A stretch of 64,000 bases of DNA from Tubiluchus corallicola. Its lineage: Eukaryota > Animalia > Priapulida. Below are positions 1 through 13,100 of this stretch, one piece after another (position 1 is the stretch's first letter; each line of letters starts with the position of its first letter). The DNA lies in assembly GCA_030141605.1 (NCBI GenBank), contig JAQGDQ010000330.1, positions 124,001-188,000 on the forward strand. Reading direction: 5' to 3'. A program made the translations under genes and the position numbers. The notes under the pieces are model-generated. The model was not told the origin of the DNA. It saw only the letters and a program-made list of their open reading frames with translations, and did not search any database.

Positions 1-1125
1 CTTCAACACACTGCACTTACCTCTGAGTCTGACTTCAAAACACGGCACTTACCTCTGAGTCTGACTTCAAAACACGGCACTTACCTCTGAGTCTGACTTC
101 AAAACATGGCACTTACCGCTGAGTTTGACTTCAAAACACGGCACTTACCGCTGAGTCTGCTTCAAAACATGGCACTTACCTCTGAGTCTGACTTCAAAAC
201 ACGACACTTACTGCTGAGACTGACTTCAAAACACAGCACTTACCGCTGAGTCTGCTTCAAAACACGGCACTTACCGCTGAGACTGACTTCAACACACTGC
301 ACTTACCTCTGAGTCTGACTTCAAAACACGGCACTTACCTCTGAGTCTGACTTCAAAACACGGCACTTACCTCTGAGTCTGACTTCAAAACATGGCACTT
401 ACCGCTGAGTTTGACTTCAAAACACGGCACTTACCGCTGAGTCTGCTTCAAAACATGGCACTTACCTCTGAGTCTGACTTCAAAACACGGCACTTACCGC
501 TGAGTCTGACTTCAAAACACGACACTTACCACTGATTTTGACTTCAAAACACAGCACTTACCGCTGAGTCTGCTTCAAAACACGGCACTTACCTCTGAGT
601 CTGACTTCAACACACAGCACTTACCACTGAGTTTGACTTCAAAACACAGCACTTACCTCTGAGTCTGACTTCAAAACATGGGACTTACCTCTGAGTCTGA
701 CTTCAAAACACGGCACTTACCGCTGAGTTTGACTTCAAAACATGGGACTTACCTCTGAGTCTGACTTCAAAACATGGCACTTACCGCTGAGTTTGACTTC
801 AAAACACGGCACTTACCGCTGAGTCTGCTTCAAAACATGGCACTTACCTCTGAGTCTGACTTCAAAACACGGCACTTACCGCTGAGTCTGACTTCAAAAC
901 ACGACACTTACCGCTGATTTTGACTTCAAAACACAGCACTTACCGCTGAGTCTGCTTCAAAACACGGCACTTACCTCTGAGTCTGACTTCAACACACAGC
1001 ACTTACCGCTGAGTCTGACTTCAAAACACGGCACTTACCTCTGAGTCTGACTTCAAAACATGGGACTTACCGCCGAGTCTGACTTCAAAACATGGCACTT
1101 ACCGCTGAGTCTGACCTCAAAACAA
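1..1125. repeat. 32-bp tandem repeat (~35 copies, open at left edge) whose unit is a GBF1 exon 3' end plus splice donor
   Basis: Unit CACTTACC(T/G)CTGAGTCTGACTTCAAAACA(C/T)GG with period 32 (CACTTAC at 14, 46, ...) and some 31-bp variants. On the - strand it reads TGTTTTGAAGTCAGACTCAG(A/C)G|GTAAGTGCC. Confidence 0.95.
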
Positions 1126-4100
1126 ATTCTGAAACAAGACTGCATGATCTCACAAACGGATTCATTGGTCAGCAGGACCGCTATGGGTGATAACATCAGA
1201 GTACGAAGAACCTGTAAACAAATAAACAGTCACAAGCTATAGAATCATTAAAAACTCTAACATACCAAGAAAAATGTAAGAGAAATAACAAAATTGCATC
1301 TAAAAGCAGGGAAGAAAATACAAAAGCATTTACACATGGCAGATAATGCAGGTGATCTGGACAACGTTATATTCGTAAAGAAGACAAAGTTCACATTAAG
1401 TCTCAAAAATTTTTATTTTTTGCCAGGAGAAATCTACCTGTATGGCATAGATCTTGAAAGACTTTGGTCTTGAAAGATTGTGTCTTTCAAGATCTAGGCC
1501 ATACAAGTAGATTTCAGCTGCCGTTATTCGCATTGCTATTAATTGGTGACGTTAGTTTTGCATAAGATTCTGTGACAGGACCTACCACTTCAAGAAATTG
1601 TCTAACATTTTATTTCTGGGACAAAAAGTGTTAAAAATAAGAAAGGCAGATCAAAATAGTAGAAAAATAAAAAAGTAGTAGGACACGCGATTTGCAGTTT
1701 CACAAAATGAATTAACTCACGTGAAGAATTTTCATGAGAACGACTTCGTCGGAGCTTGGATCGGTACCAACAAATCGAGCGTGAGTGACGGCGTCGGCAA
1801 CATTTTCGACGGCAGCCGCTGAACAGGCCCCGTTCACATCTACGAAACAAGAAAACGAGTAAAATTCTCGTGTTAAGGCTGGCCACAAAAATTGTTTCTG
1901 TCTTATCTGAAGAGCTCAAAAGATGACAGCAGGGAAAGAGGAAAAATTTATTTTAAGCTTCATGAATGTTTAAAGCTGAATTGTGGAATATTTAAAATCA
2001 GTTCAAATCAAAGTTCGTTTATTTCCTACTAGTTAGTAGTAATGTTTTAAATTTTTTTCAATGCACATTTTTTCACGCTTCGTTTTTTAGTTTCGCATTA
2101 CTAAATTATCATATAATTATCTATTATTGTATCGTCTCTTTTGTGTTATGAATGTGTATGTTCTGATAATTATGGTATAAGGGGCAATACTTCTTAGCTG
2201 TTAATACACCGACTTGGCAGAAATTTGATACATTTAGCCTTGAATAATGCCAATCAGCATCATACAGAATGGCAATACTGTCCAAGAGTTAGCCATAGAA
2301 AAACATGATGCATCCTTGCCAAAAGAACGATGTTATAATAATTATTGTTTACGTTTTTAAACCGAAAAAACATGTTTTTACATGACCAGTTCAAGAAAGT
2401 ACTTTGCTGTGAAATATCTGTACCCTGAGGAAGTAATTTGCTACTGCGAAGTACAGCAGGAGCCGCTTAATAGACTCACGGTTAATAGACTCAATCGCTT
2501 GATTGACTTAAAAACGCTTCTATTCAAAAGTATATAAAAACTGTCGGTAATTGACTCAAATAACTCCACATAACTGACTCAATATTTTTGCTTCACATGC
2601 TTCAATAAGACACTTTTGTGTAATAAATGAGCTTTTATTACTCTTATATCATCTTAGTTCGCTTTTGTCCTATAATATACATAGAAACAATCATGTTAAG
2701 TACGTACAAAAAAATTATAAAATACTCAGCTAGATACGCTATAAAAAATATTACCTGAGCGATTAGACGAAAGCAGAAGTACTTTTATTGTCGGCCTAAA
2801 GTGTAAAGTAATTAGACACAGACCATGCCTAACAAAGGACTGATTTTCAATATTTTAGCTGACTAAGTTTTGCAATCCAAAACAGTATGGTCACTGCACG
2901 GTAGAACAGTTTAACTGCACATTTATGTGTTAATGTTTTTCAATATCTTGCAATGTTACATGTTCTGTACAAAACACGAAATTGCAAATAAAGTTTCATT
3001 GTTGGGTCTGATCAACTTGCTGGCCATACAGAAATTTTACTTTTTACACATTATTCGCTAATTTTGTTACAATGAGAATCTGCAAGCGAAAAAAGCCAAC
3101 GGATCTATTAAGAGGGGTTCATAAGCTTTGTAATGATCACATTTTTGTATTAAGATCATTTTTAGGTTTTGTGCATTTTTGGTAAATTTATTAAGTGTTT
3201 TATGCTGTTTTGTCAGTTTTTCATGGGGTACCTGTGGGTTTTTCTCAAGTAGTCAAATTATTTGCCTACTTAAACAAAAACAGCCATTATCTTCAAATAG
3301 CTAATGCAGTATCCAATTGGATTAATGCAAATGCTGCACAAAAACATTTTGTGCGCTAATCACATTTGTAAAAAAATCGTGTAAAATTTCACACAGCAGC
3401 AGGTCACAGTTTAGCAGGAACAACAGGTTACCATGGTGTTTGTGACACGCAGCTGCTTGTGTTCATGGTCCTGCTGCAGCTTCTAACATCACAGTGCAGA
3501 CTGAGCATTGGCAAAGCTGCCATTGCTACGGTGACCGAGTGATTTTTTGGCTGCCATCTAGGGACGATTTACAAAAGCATTACAAATCTGTAATTGCACG
3601 ACTCAGCCGTGATTCTGCTTTATAAATAGGTATGCATAAAAAAGTGTAAAAACACATCACCTATCATACTGTAAGACAGAAACTTGTTAACAGAAGACAG
3701 TGCCAGGCCAGTGACGGGTCCAGTCGTATCTTCGGATCTTATCACATCGAGAAACGGATTCAGAAATGCACTAGGTTCCAGTTCCGTTACACCTGTGAAC
3801 AAAACGCCATAGAAGAGAATAATTTTCACAATCTGAGGATCACATTTTGACATAGCAAACTTAAGAAACTTTGAAATGTGTATATAAATATACTAGAAAA
3901 AATTAGGCAAAAACAGCATGACTTTATATAGCACTGTACAATTAATGGTAAAACATATGTGTCTTGCAGGAGGCATTTAAAGGACGAAAAACACTCTTCA
4001 TAGATAAAGCTTAAAGGACAAGAAAAGGGGCAAGGAAAGGGAAAAGGACAAGAAAAGTAGGTTTCAGAAAAATCGCCTCAAAAATCATATTACTGTAAGG

Positions 4101-7100
4101 CAATTTCATGCGATTATCGTACTCGCATTAAGAGGAATTTTTGTTTGTTTTCATTTTAAATCTCCCGCAATACTGTTCCGACGGCGCCATTACATGACGT
4201 TACTATGCAAATGTAAATCAGGGGAAGAAAAGGCAATGTTAAATTATGACCCAAAAAATTTCCATGCAAAGTTATATTACTTAGCATTTTGCTTACCTGC
4301 TGGAAAGACTTGTGTAACTAGAAATAATAATTCAAAATTTTCATGCCAGTTGGTGAAATGTTGTTGACTCACCTTCCAGGGTGCGCCACTCAATAACCAA
4401 AAACGTATTTTTAATCTTATTCACAAGATACAGTAATTTAACATTTTACTTAATTCGTGAAAATGCCTGCTACAAATGCCCTGATTATATTTTCCAACTT
4501 CAAGCAATGTTATCTAAACTTGTTTCAAACGACCTACCATTAAAATGGCTGTGCCTAACGGTCATCGGGGGAGTTTAAATTTACAAGTTTTATACAGAGT
4601 TACTGTCAACGGGAGCCCTGCACGCAAAAAGACAGTATGTAAGCGGTATAAAATTTCACTTCAAGTTTTTTAAGCTTTATGTAAGTGGAGGGTTTTCTTC
4701 TGCTTTAAACAGTTCGTCATGCCTACCTTATTGCATAGAGAGCTTGTATAAGCAGTAACTCTGCATAAAACTAGTAAATTTAAACTCCCACGATGGATGT
4801 TAGACACAGCCATTTTAACGATAAGTCATTTAAACAAGTTTAGATAACACCGAGTAAAGTTTGAAAAGTAATCAGAGCATTCGTAGCGCACACGTTACTA
4901 ACTAAGCAAAAATATAAATTACTTTAGATTGTCAATAAGATCAAAAATGTGTTTTTTTGGTGAACCAGTGGTGATGCAGCAGCGTTTTAACAGCTGCCGA
5001 GAATATTTTAAATTATTAAGAATTTTCTTTTCTAGTTACATAATTCTTTCAACAGATAAGCATAATTCTAAGTACTATAACTTTCTTATGGAAAGCTGTT
5101 TAGGATAAAATCCCTTTAAATTTGAAAATCTAAATATGTTTCTTACTTTACTAAGGACAAGCCACAATTTTTAATTAATTTTAATGTTTTCATAAAAACC
5201 TACTTGTTGTGTTGATCAGCGTCTCCTTCAATTCGCTAAAACTCTTGAACAGCGGATCTTCATTCTAAAATATGAAAATCACATGTCAAGTCACTAGGTA
5301 TCATTAGAGGCTGAAGCTGAGTTAGTTTCTACTACGTCTGCTGACTCACACAGTAAATCAGCTAGCTCGGCTAAAACTGAGTCAGTTGCTACTACGTCAG
5401 CTGATTGACGCAGTAAATCAGCTAGCTTGGCTGAAGCTGAATCAGTTGCCACTACATCAGCTGACTCACACGGCAAATCAGCTAGCTTGGCTGAAGCTGA
5501 ATCAGTTGCTACTACATCAGCTGACTCACATGGCAAATCAGCTAGCTCGGCTGAAGCTCAGTCATTTGCTACTACATCAGCTGACTACCACAGTAAATCA
5601 GCTAGCTTGGCTGAAGTTGAGTTAGTTGCTACTACATCAGCTGACTGACACAGTAAATCAGCTAGCTTGGCTGAAGCTGAGTCAGTTGCTACTACATCAG
5701 CTGACTCACACAGTAAATCAGCTAGCTTGGCTGAAGCTGAGTCAGTTGCTACTACATCAGCTGACTCACACGGTAAATCAGCTAGCTTGGCTGAAGCTGA
5801 GTCAGTTGCTACTACATCAGCTGACTCACACAGTAAATCAACTAGCTCGACTGAAGCTGAGTCAGTTGCTACTACATCAGCTGACTGACGCAGTAAATCA
5901 GCTAGCTCGGCTAAAACTGAGTCAGTTGCTACTACATCAGCTGACTGATGCAGTAAATCAGCTAGCTCGGCTGAAGCTGAATCAGTTGCCCCTACAACAG
6001 CTGACTCACGGTAAATCAGCTAGCTCGGCTGAAGCTGAATCAGTTGCCCCTACATCAGCTGACTCACAGTAAATCAGCTAGCTTGGCTGAAGCTGAATCA
6101 GTTGCTACTACATCAGCTGACTCATACAGTAAATCAGCTAGATCGGCTGAAAAAGAGTCAGTTGCTACTGCACCAGCTGACTCACACAGTAAATCAGCTA
6201 GCTTGGCTGAGGTTGAGTCAGTTACTATTTGTCGTTGTGAACGACCGAAGATTTTGTCTGTAGTGCTTAGGCTCGGACATGGAGTTCGTCAAGCCGCGAT
6301 AATCTTATTCAATCATTTAATCTGTACTATTGTTACTTAAGTGTAGACTTTACCTCAACTGGTCTTCGTTGCTGTAAAGTATGCATTGCCACTAATAGAT
6401 GGCAGCACTATTGAATTGTTGTCTGATTTGTATTAGTGTGTGTGATACAGTGTAGTGTGTGTGAAGCAGGACTGCATGGCTGCAGTAATGTGAAAGCTAT
6501 AGCTGTATGTCATAATTCACTGTTATAAATAAAAGTTTGATAAAAATCTTAACTGTTATACCTTTTGTCAACACGACAAAAATTGGTAGCAGAGAGTAGT
6601 TTTTTGCTAATCAGTGGGCGACGATACTTGTATGCAGTCTACGTTTACCAAGAAAGAGCGATCGTCTACTCGCTAGGACGTCTGCCTACCGGTAAATAAT
6701 TTTCGAACATTTTCGTAATGACTAATTATGGCTAAAGATAACAAATGCATAAATTGTCGTCAACGTGTTGCAAGTGGGTTGATATGTGACAGCTGTGAAC
6801 GTTGGTGGTGCATAAACTGTTTAAACCTAAAGCAAGATCATGTACTAACAGAGAAACTTTATGAGGCATTAAGTCAGCTGGGCGAATTTCAATGGGCATG
6901 CGAGAAATGTTGCGACAATAATTTACTAATTCAGCTGGTGAAATCGGGAACGTTTACTACAAAGCAGTTGTCCGAATTCGGTTGCAATGGTGACGTCATC
7001 AATGTGATTAAAGCTACGAAACCAGTTGATAAGGTCGAAGTAATGTCTGCCGAAAATCAAACGGAAGCCACTTCGCTGCCAACGCAGCAAAATACTGCAT

Positions 7101-10100
7101 CCAGGGGTCAAGTATTGCTGAATGAAACTATGTCACAGATAAATCAACCAGCGCAGGGCGGATCGCTGTCACAACAAGACGCTACACTTGCAATGATGCA
7201 AATGTTTCTACAATCGCAGCAACAGATGTTCCAAACGCTTCAAGAAGAACGCGAACGAAAAGAACGCAAAGAAGAACTACAGTTAATCCTAGAGTCGGTG
7301 AAAAAGCAACCCGTCAGCAGTCCGCCACCGGATATGTCATCAGATTCTACTACGAATTTTACAACCGCGAGGCTCCCGAAGATCGAACTAGCAAAATTTA
7401 ATGGCAACGCCTTACAATGGAACAATTTCTGGGAATCATTCAAAATCAACGTTGACAGCAGACAACTCAACAACAAACAGAAATTAGACTATCTACATCG
7501 AGTTTTAGAAGGACCAGCGTATGACAAAATTAAAGGGTTGGGAATGGAAGGCGACAAGTACAGTGAAGCAGTCACTATTTTGAAGAATTTTTATGGCAAT
7601 CCCGGTTTTCAACAGAAAGCGCATTGGGAGTCCCTGAAAGCAGTTCCGCACGTGAAAGAAAACCTGAGTAACCTTGAACAATTTACCGATGAAATACGCT
7701 CAGTTACTATATCGCTCAAACGTCAAGGCATTACAAATCAAGCCCTCGACAGTCACGTGACGGAGTTAGTAGAAAAACTACCTAAATATCTGACGGAAGA
7801 AATGAATAGATTTCGGCTGTATCAAGGCAAAAAGAGAGATGCAGTAAAGATGGAAGAATTAATTTCATTTTTGGAAGACTACCAAGAAGTAAATTTACAT
7901 CGAACCAATGAAGGACAAGTTAAGAAAACACAGCTACGGAACCAGGGTTCTGGAACAGAAAAAGCTATCCCTACTGCAAATTTTATTCAGAATGTTTCCA
8001 GAAATAAACTGAGATGCGCCTTTTGTGAAAAAGACAATCACTACAGTGACGAATGCAAGAAGGTGGTTGATCCAAAAACGCGCAAGGAAATAATAGCCAA
8101 TGCTAAAAGATGCTACAAATGTTTGAGTACCCGACACTTAATAAAAGACTGCAACAGACAGAAGCCATGTTTCCACTGCAAAAGTACCAGTCACAACTCA
8201 GCGCTCTGCGAGAAACGAGAGAAGATTTTATTTCCCCAACATTTATCTGTACAGACAGAACCAAGCGTCACTGAAACCATAGTTAAGCAGCATGATTTCC
8301 ACGTCACCTATCCAGCAGAGGAAGGCATTGTGATGCCAGCGTTTCCATGCACAGCAGTGAATCCGCAAACTGAAGAGGCTCGTGAAGTTTTTGTCTACGT
8401 TGATGGTGGAGCCAAACATTCAAGTATCAGCGACGAAGCAGCTTCTAGACTTAGTTTGTTACGCATGGGAAGATACAAGCTAGAAACATCACGCTTCAAC
8501 ACAGATGTAATAGAGGCAGTACACTCGAGTAAAGTGAAGTTCATTCTAAAGGGGTCTAAAGATTTTAGCCTGCAAATTCAAGCTTATACAATTCCAAAGC
8601 TAGCGCCTCCATTCCAAGTAGAGCCAATTCGACTAGACGCACAAGCTTTGGAAAAAGTTCGGCAGCTACGACTATTGAACTTGCCACCTCGAAGCAATAC
8701 CCAGAGAAGAATTGATGTCATCATTGGTCAAGATTTCATCAACCGCATTATGGGACCAATGATTCCAGCTACCCATATTCAGAATGATTTGTTTGCTCAT
8801 CGCAGTCCATTGGGAGATTTTCTAGCCGGAAATGCTACGATACCGGAAATGAATTACGATTCTAGCACTCGACCAGTTGTCGCGCCTAATTTATTTTGCT
8901 ATTCTGCTATAGAAGATGTTGCAGACTCGACACAGTTAGAACAAGTAGGAATAAACAAGCAGTCTGAATTATCACAGAAGGATCACGAAGTTATCCAGAA
9001 ATTTAGAGAAACAATTGAATTCAAGCATGGACGTTATAAAGTTGGTTTTCCATGGAAACATCCTACACAGCATTTGGTTTCGAACTATCACGTAGCAAAG
9101 AAAAGACTTGAGTCTACACTAAAGATGTTAGCTCCTAATAGATCACCAACACGTCACTACGCTACGTACAATGAAACTATCAACAACCAGCTTCATCAAG
9201 GAATAATTGAGTCAGTTACTCAGCCTACAACAGAACGACGCTTTATACACTACATAGCGCATTTTCCAGTGATAAACGAAAATCGTGCTTCTACTCAAGT
9301 TCGCATCGTGTACGACGCTAGTGACAAGAACAAAGCTGATGGTAAAAGCTTGAACGACCTAATACATGCTGGACCATGTCTACTTACTAACCTGGTTGGA
9401 ATTTTACTACGTTTTCGCCTGTTTGAAATCGTCATGCTAGCGGACATTGAAAAAGCGTTCCATCAAGTTTCTCTAATGGAAGCAGACAGAGATACTGTCA
9501 GATTTCTATGGCTGAAAGATCCATCACAGCCTGACACAGTGGACAACATCAAGGTATATCGCTTTACCAGACTCCCATTTGGTGTCAATGCGTCTCCATT
9601 TTTACTACTAGCTACGATACTACATCACTTACAACAAAACCCGGGAACACTAGCAAATAGACTACAACAAAATCTGTATGTGGACAATGTCATTTTAGAA
9701 GTTGTGCATGGAGAAGACCCTATGGAGATATACCAGTCAGCGAAGAACCTATTTGATATAGCAGCAATGAATCTACGCCAGTGGCTTTCAAATGATCCCA
9801 AGTTTAATGAAGCTCTACCGCAATGGGACCGACAACAAGGTACTACAGTAAAAGTACTGGGAATTATTTGGGACACCGCCAATGATGTAATGAGACCACA
9901 GTACATATTTCAACCACTAGAAGTGTATACCAGAAGACTAGCAATGCAACAGCTTGCTCGACTATATGATCCGCTTGGAATCTACCTGCCAGTAACTATC
10001 AAAGGAAAGATTTTGCTACACAAAATGGCTAAACAGAAGTTCGGTCTAGATGAGCCAGTCACAGCTTCAATGGTTTTAGAGTGGCAGCAATTAGAAGAAG

Positions 10101-13100
10101 AACTGAAAAACATTCCACAAATAACACTTCCACGCAGAGTCATCATGGATAGACAAGTTCCTGTTCAACTACTATGCTTCACAGATGCCAGTAAAGATGC
10201 ATATTGTGCCTGCATCTATATTCATCAACGTTTAGATAACCACGTTATATCTTCATTAGCATTTGCGAAGTCTCAAGTAGCGACATTGACAGTTAGTCAA
10301 ACTCTACCACGACTAGAACTAGAAGCCGTTCTAATAGGATGCAGGATGCTTCGATTTGTAGAAAATCAGATTGATCAACCATTGCTAGATAAGCACTTAT
10401 GGACAGATTCACAAATTGTGCTCTGTTGGATTCACTCGTCCAAAGTTTTACCACTCTATATAGAAAGACGTCGAAGTGAAATAATATCTATGGATGATAT
10501 CCAGTTTAGATACATCGACACTAAAGCCAATCCTGCTGATTGGGGCACTCGCGGAATCTCAGCAAAGAAATTATGTGAGTGCAACTGGATTTGTGGACCA
10601 GAATGGTTATCACTAGAGCCTAAACAGTGGCCAAAATGGAGCGGAAACACCAACATACAGTTGCCAAATTTGAGTCGTTCAAGAAAAACACAGACAGCTT
10701 TAGTTACAGTAACGGAGGAGAAACCTGCTGTTTACCCCTTTGATATAGATGTTAATAACTACAGCGACTATGACAAGCTTCTAAGGGTAACCAGCTACTG
10801 CCAGAGATTTATTGACAGGTGTCGCAAAAAGAAGATACCAGAATCAACTAATATCACTGCAGATGAGATGATTGAAGCATGTATAATGTGGATTAAACAA
10901 GTGCAACAGGACTGCTTCTCAATGGAATCCAAACTTCTACACCATGGCAAATTTAATCAACTGATAAAACAACTAGATCTCCACACCGACAAAGGTGTTA
11001 TATGCTGTGGCGGGAGGCTTGCTAATGCAATAACTGATCAATCAATGTTTCCAATTCTGCTACCTAGAAGTCATCGTTTTACAGAGCTAATCATCGAAAA
11101 GGCTCACAGGAGAGTCTTGCATTCTGGAGTTAAAGCTACTCTAGCTGAGATTAGGAAACAATACTGGATTCCACAAGGTTATACAACAGTGCGAAAAACT
11201 TTGTCTAAGTGTCTCCTGTGCCAAAAGATCCAAGGAGGAACATTCAAACCACCAAGAATGGCACAACTACCAATGGAACGTCTCCGCAGGACACCCGCAT
11301 TTCACTTTACAGGGATGGATTACATAGGACCAATGCTCATTCGTGCCAAGCCTGGTGAATATCATGAGAAGAGATGGATAGCATTATTCACTTGCTTCAC
11401 AACACGGGCGGTCCATTTGGAAATTGTTCAGGATCAGTCAGCAAGTGCCACTGTTCAAGCAATAATTCGCTTCATTAGCAGAAGAGGTTGTCCAGCAGTT
11501 ATCCTGAGTGACAACGCTACATATTTCAAGAAGAGTGAAGCACTGCTGATGCAATATTTTGCAGAACAACGAATCCGCTGGAAATATATTCCCGAGAGGT
11601 CACCGTGGGTCGCTGGATTCTATGAGCGTCTTGTGGGAGTGATTAAGCAGGCCATGAAGAAAACTCTTTGGAAAGCTACGTTAGACAACAATGGGCTGCA
11701 AACTCTCATAACGCAGATCGAAAGTCTAATGAACACTAGACCACTGCTTAACATTTCATCGAGTCCTGAAGAACTTACAATGTTAACACCAGCTAACTTC
11801 ATCGCGCCTATGGGAAAACTAAGCATTTCTACATCAAACGAAGATGTTTTGGACCCAGACTATGCACCAGAAGCAAGACCTACAGATGCACTGAAGGTCC
11901 AATGGCAGAAGGTCAACCGAAAGCTAGATCAGTTTTGGAGTGTATGGCATAAGCACTATCTACACTCATTGAAAGAAACCCACCAAGTGCACTTTCGACG
12001 GAAACGTGGAGAAATCGCAAGAAAACCTACAGTTGGAGAAGTTTGCCTGATTCAAGACGCCACTCCACGTGCAACATGGAAGATTGGAAAGATTGTAGAA
12101 TTCCTCCCTTCACAAGATGGCGAGATCCGCTTTGTCAGCATCAAGCTCCCGACTGGCTATGTAACAAGACGAGGGGTAAAGGATTTGGTTCCCTTAGAAA
12201 CGAATTTCGAGGCAGGTGAAACCAAAGACACTACACAACTGTTGACATGCTGGCGGGAGGATGTCGTTGTGAACGACCGAAGATTTTGTCCGTAGTGCTT
12301 AGGCTCGGACATGGAGTTCGTCAAGCCGCGATAATCTTATTCAATCATTTAATCTGTACTATTGTTACTTAAGTGTAGACTTTACCTCAACTGGTCTTCG
12401 TTGCTGTAAAGTATGCATTGCCACTAATAGATGGCAGCACTATTGAATTGTTGTCTGATTTGTATTAGTGTGTGTGATACAGTGTAGTGTGTGTGAAGCA
12501 GGACTGCATGGCTGCAGTAATGTGAAAGCTATAGCTGTATGTCATAATTCACTGTTATAAATAAAAGTTTGATAAAAATCTTAACTGTTATACCTTTTGT
12601 CAACACGACACTATTACATCAGCTGACTCACACAGTAAATCAGCTAGCTTGGCTGAAGCTGAGTCAGTTGCTACTACATCAGCTGACTCATACAGTAAAT
12701 CAGCTAGATCGGCGAGGTTGACTGACTTTTTAGCTGAGTTGGCTTAAAGAAGAAATCAGCTAAGTCAGCTAAAGCCACAGATTTTTGTTAACTAAATAAA
12801 TGATAAATTGTTAGTTAACTGTTAATTGACGTCAAACATATTGCTCTATCGTTCTGCGTCCACTGTAATGTAAGCATGCTCAGCAGCATTCGGGACAACA
12901 GCTGTGTAAGCCAAGCTAAAGTAAATTAAACTAAACAACGTGACAGTCATAACTAATGTCTAATCAGCAGATAAGCTGATTGCGCTTTTTCATAAACAGA
13001 TTTGCAGAGCAGCTAATATTACATAGATGTATAATATAAGTTTTCACCACATTTGAATTAATTTTGACTATGAAGATCTCTTTGAGGTTTATAAAAACTG

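Larger units (their letters stand above)
6230..12610 (+). mobile_element. Full-length BEL/Pao LTR retrotransposon
   Basis: LTRs 6230-6578 and 12262-12610 (TGTCGT...ACGACA). Target-site duplication CTATT at 6225-6229 and 12611-12615, PBS, PPT and a single gag-pol ORF. Confidence 0.97.

Noticed and set aside
1-1125. 32-bp repeat as a CRISPR array
   Set aside because: Units are head-to-tail with no unique spacers, there are no cas genes, and the context is a eukaryotic intron. The same applies to the 31-bp and 74-bp arrays.
1602-1919. 105-aa Arg-rich ORF
   Set aside because: It is an alternative frame over the real GBF1 exon 1839-1721.
5294-6340. Ser/Ala/Thr-rich repetitive ORFs ([14 protein letters not shown]...) as a mucin or adhesin
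   Set aside because: They are translations of the 60-bp satellite, broken by TGA stops and a 2-nt slip, inside a GBF1 intron.
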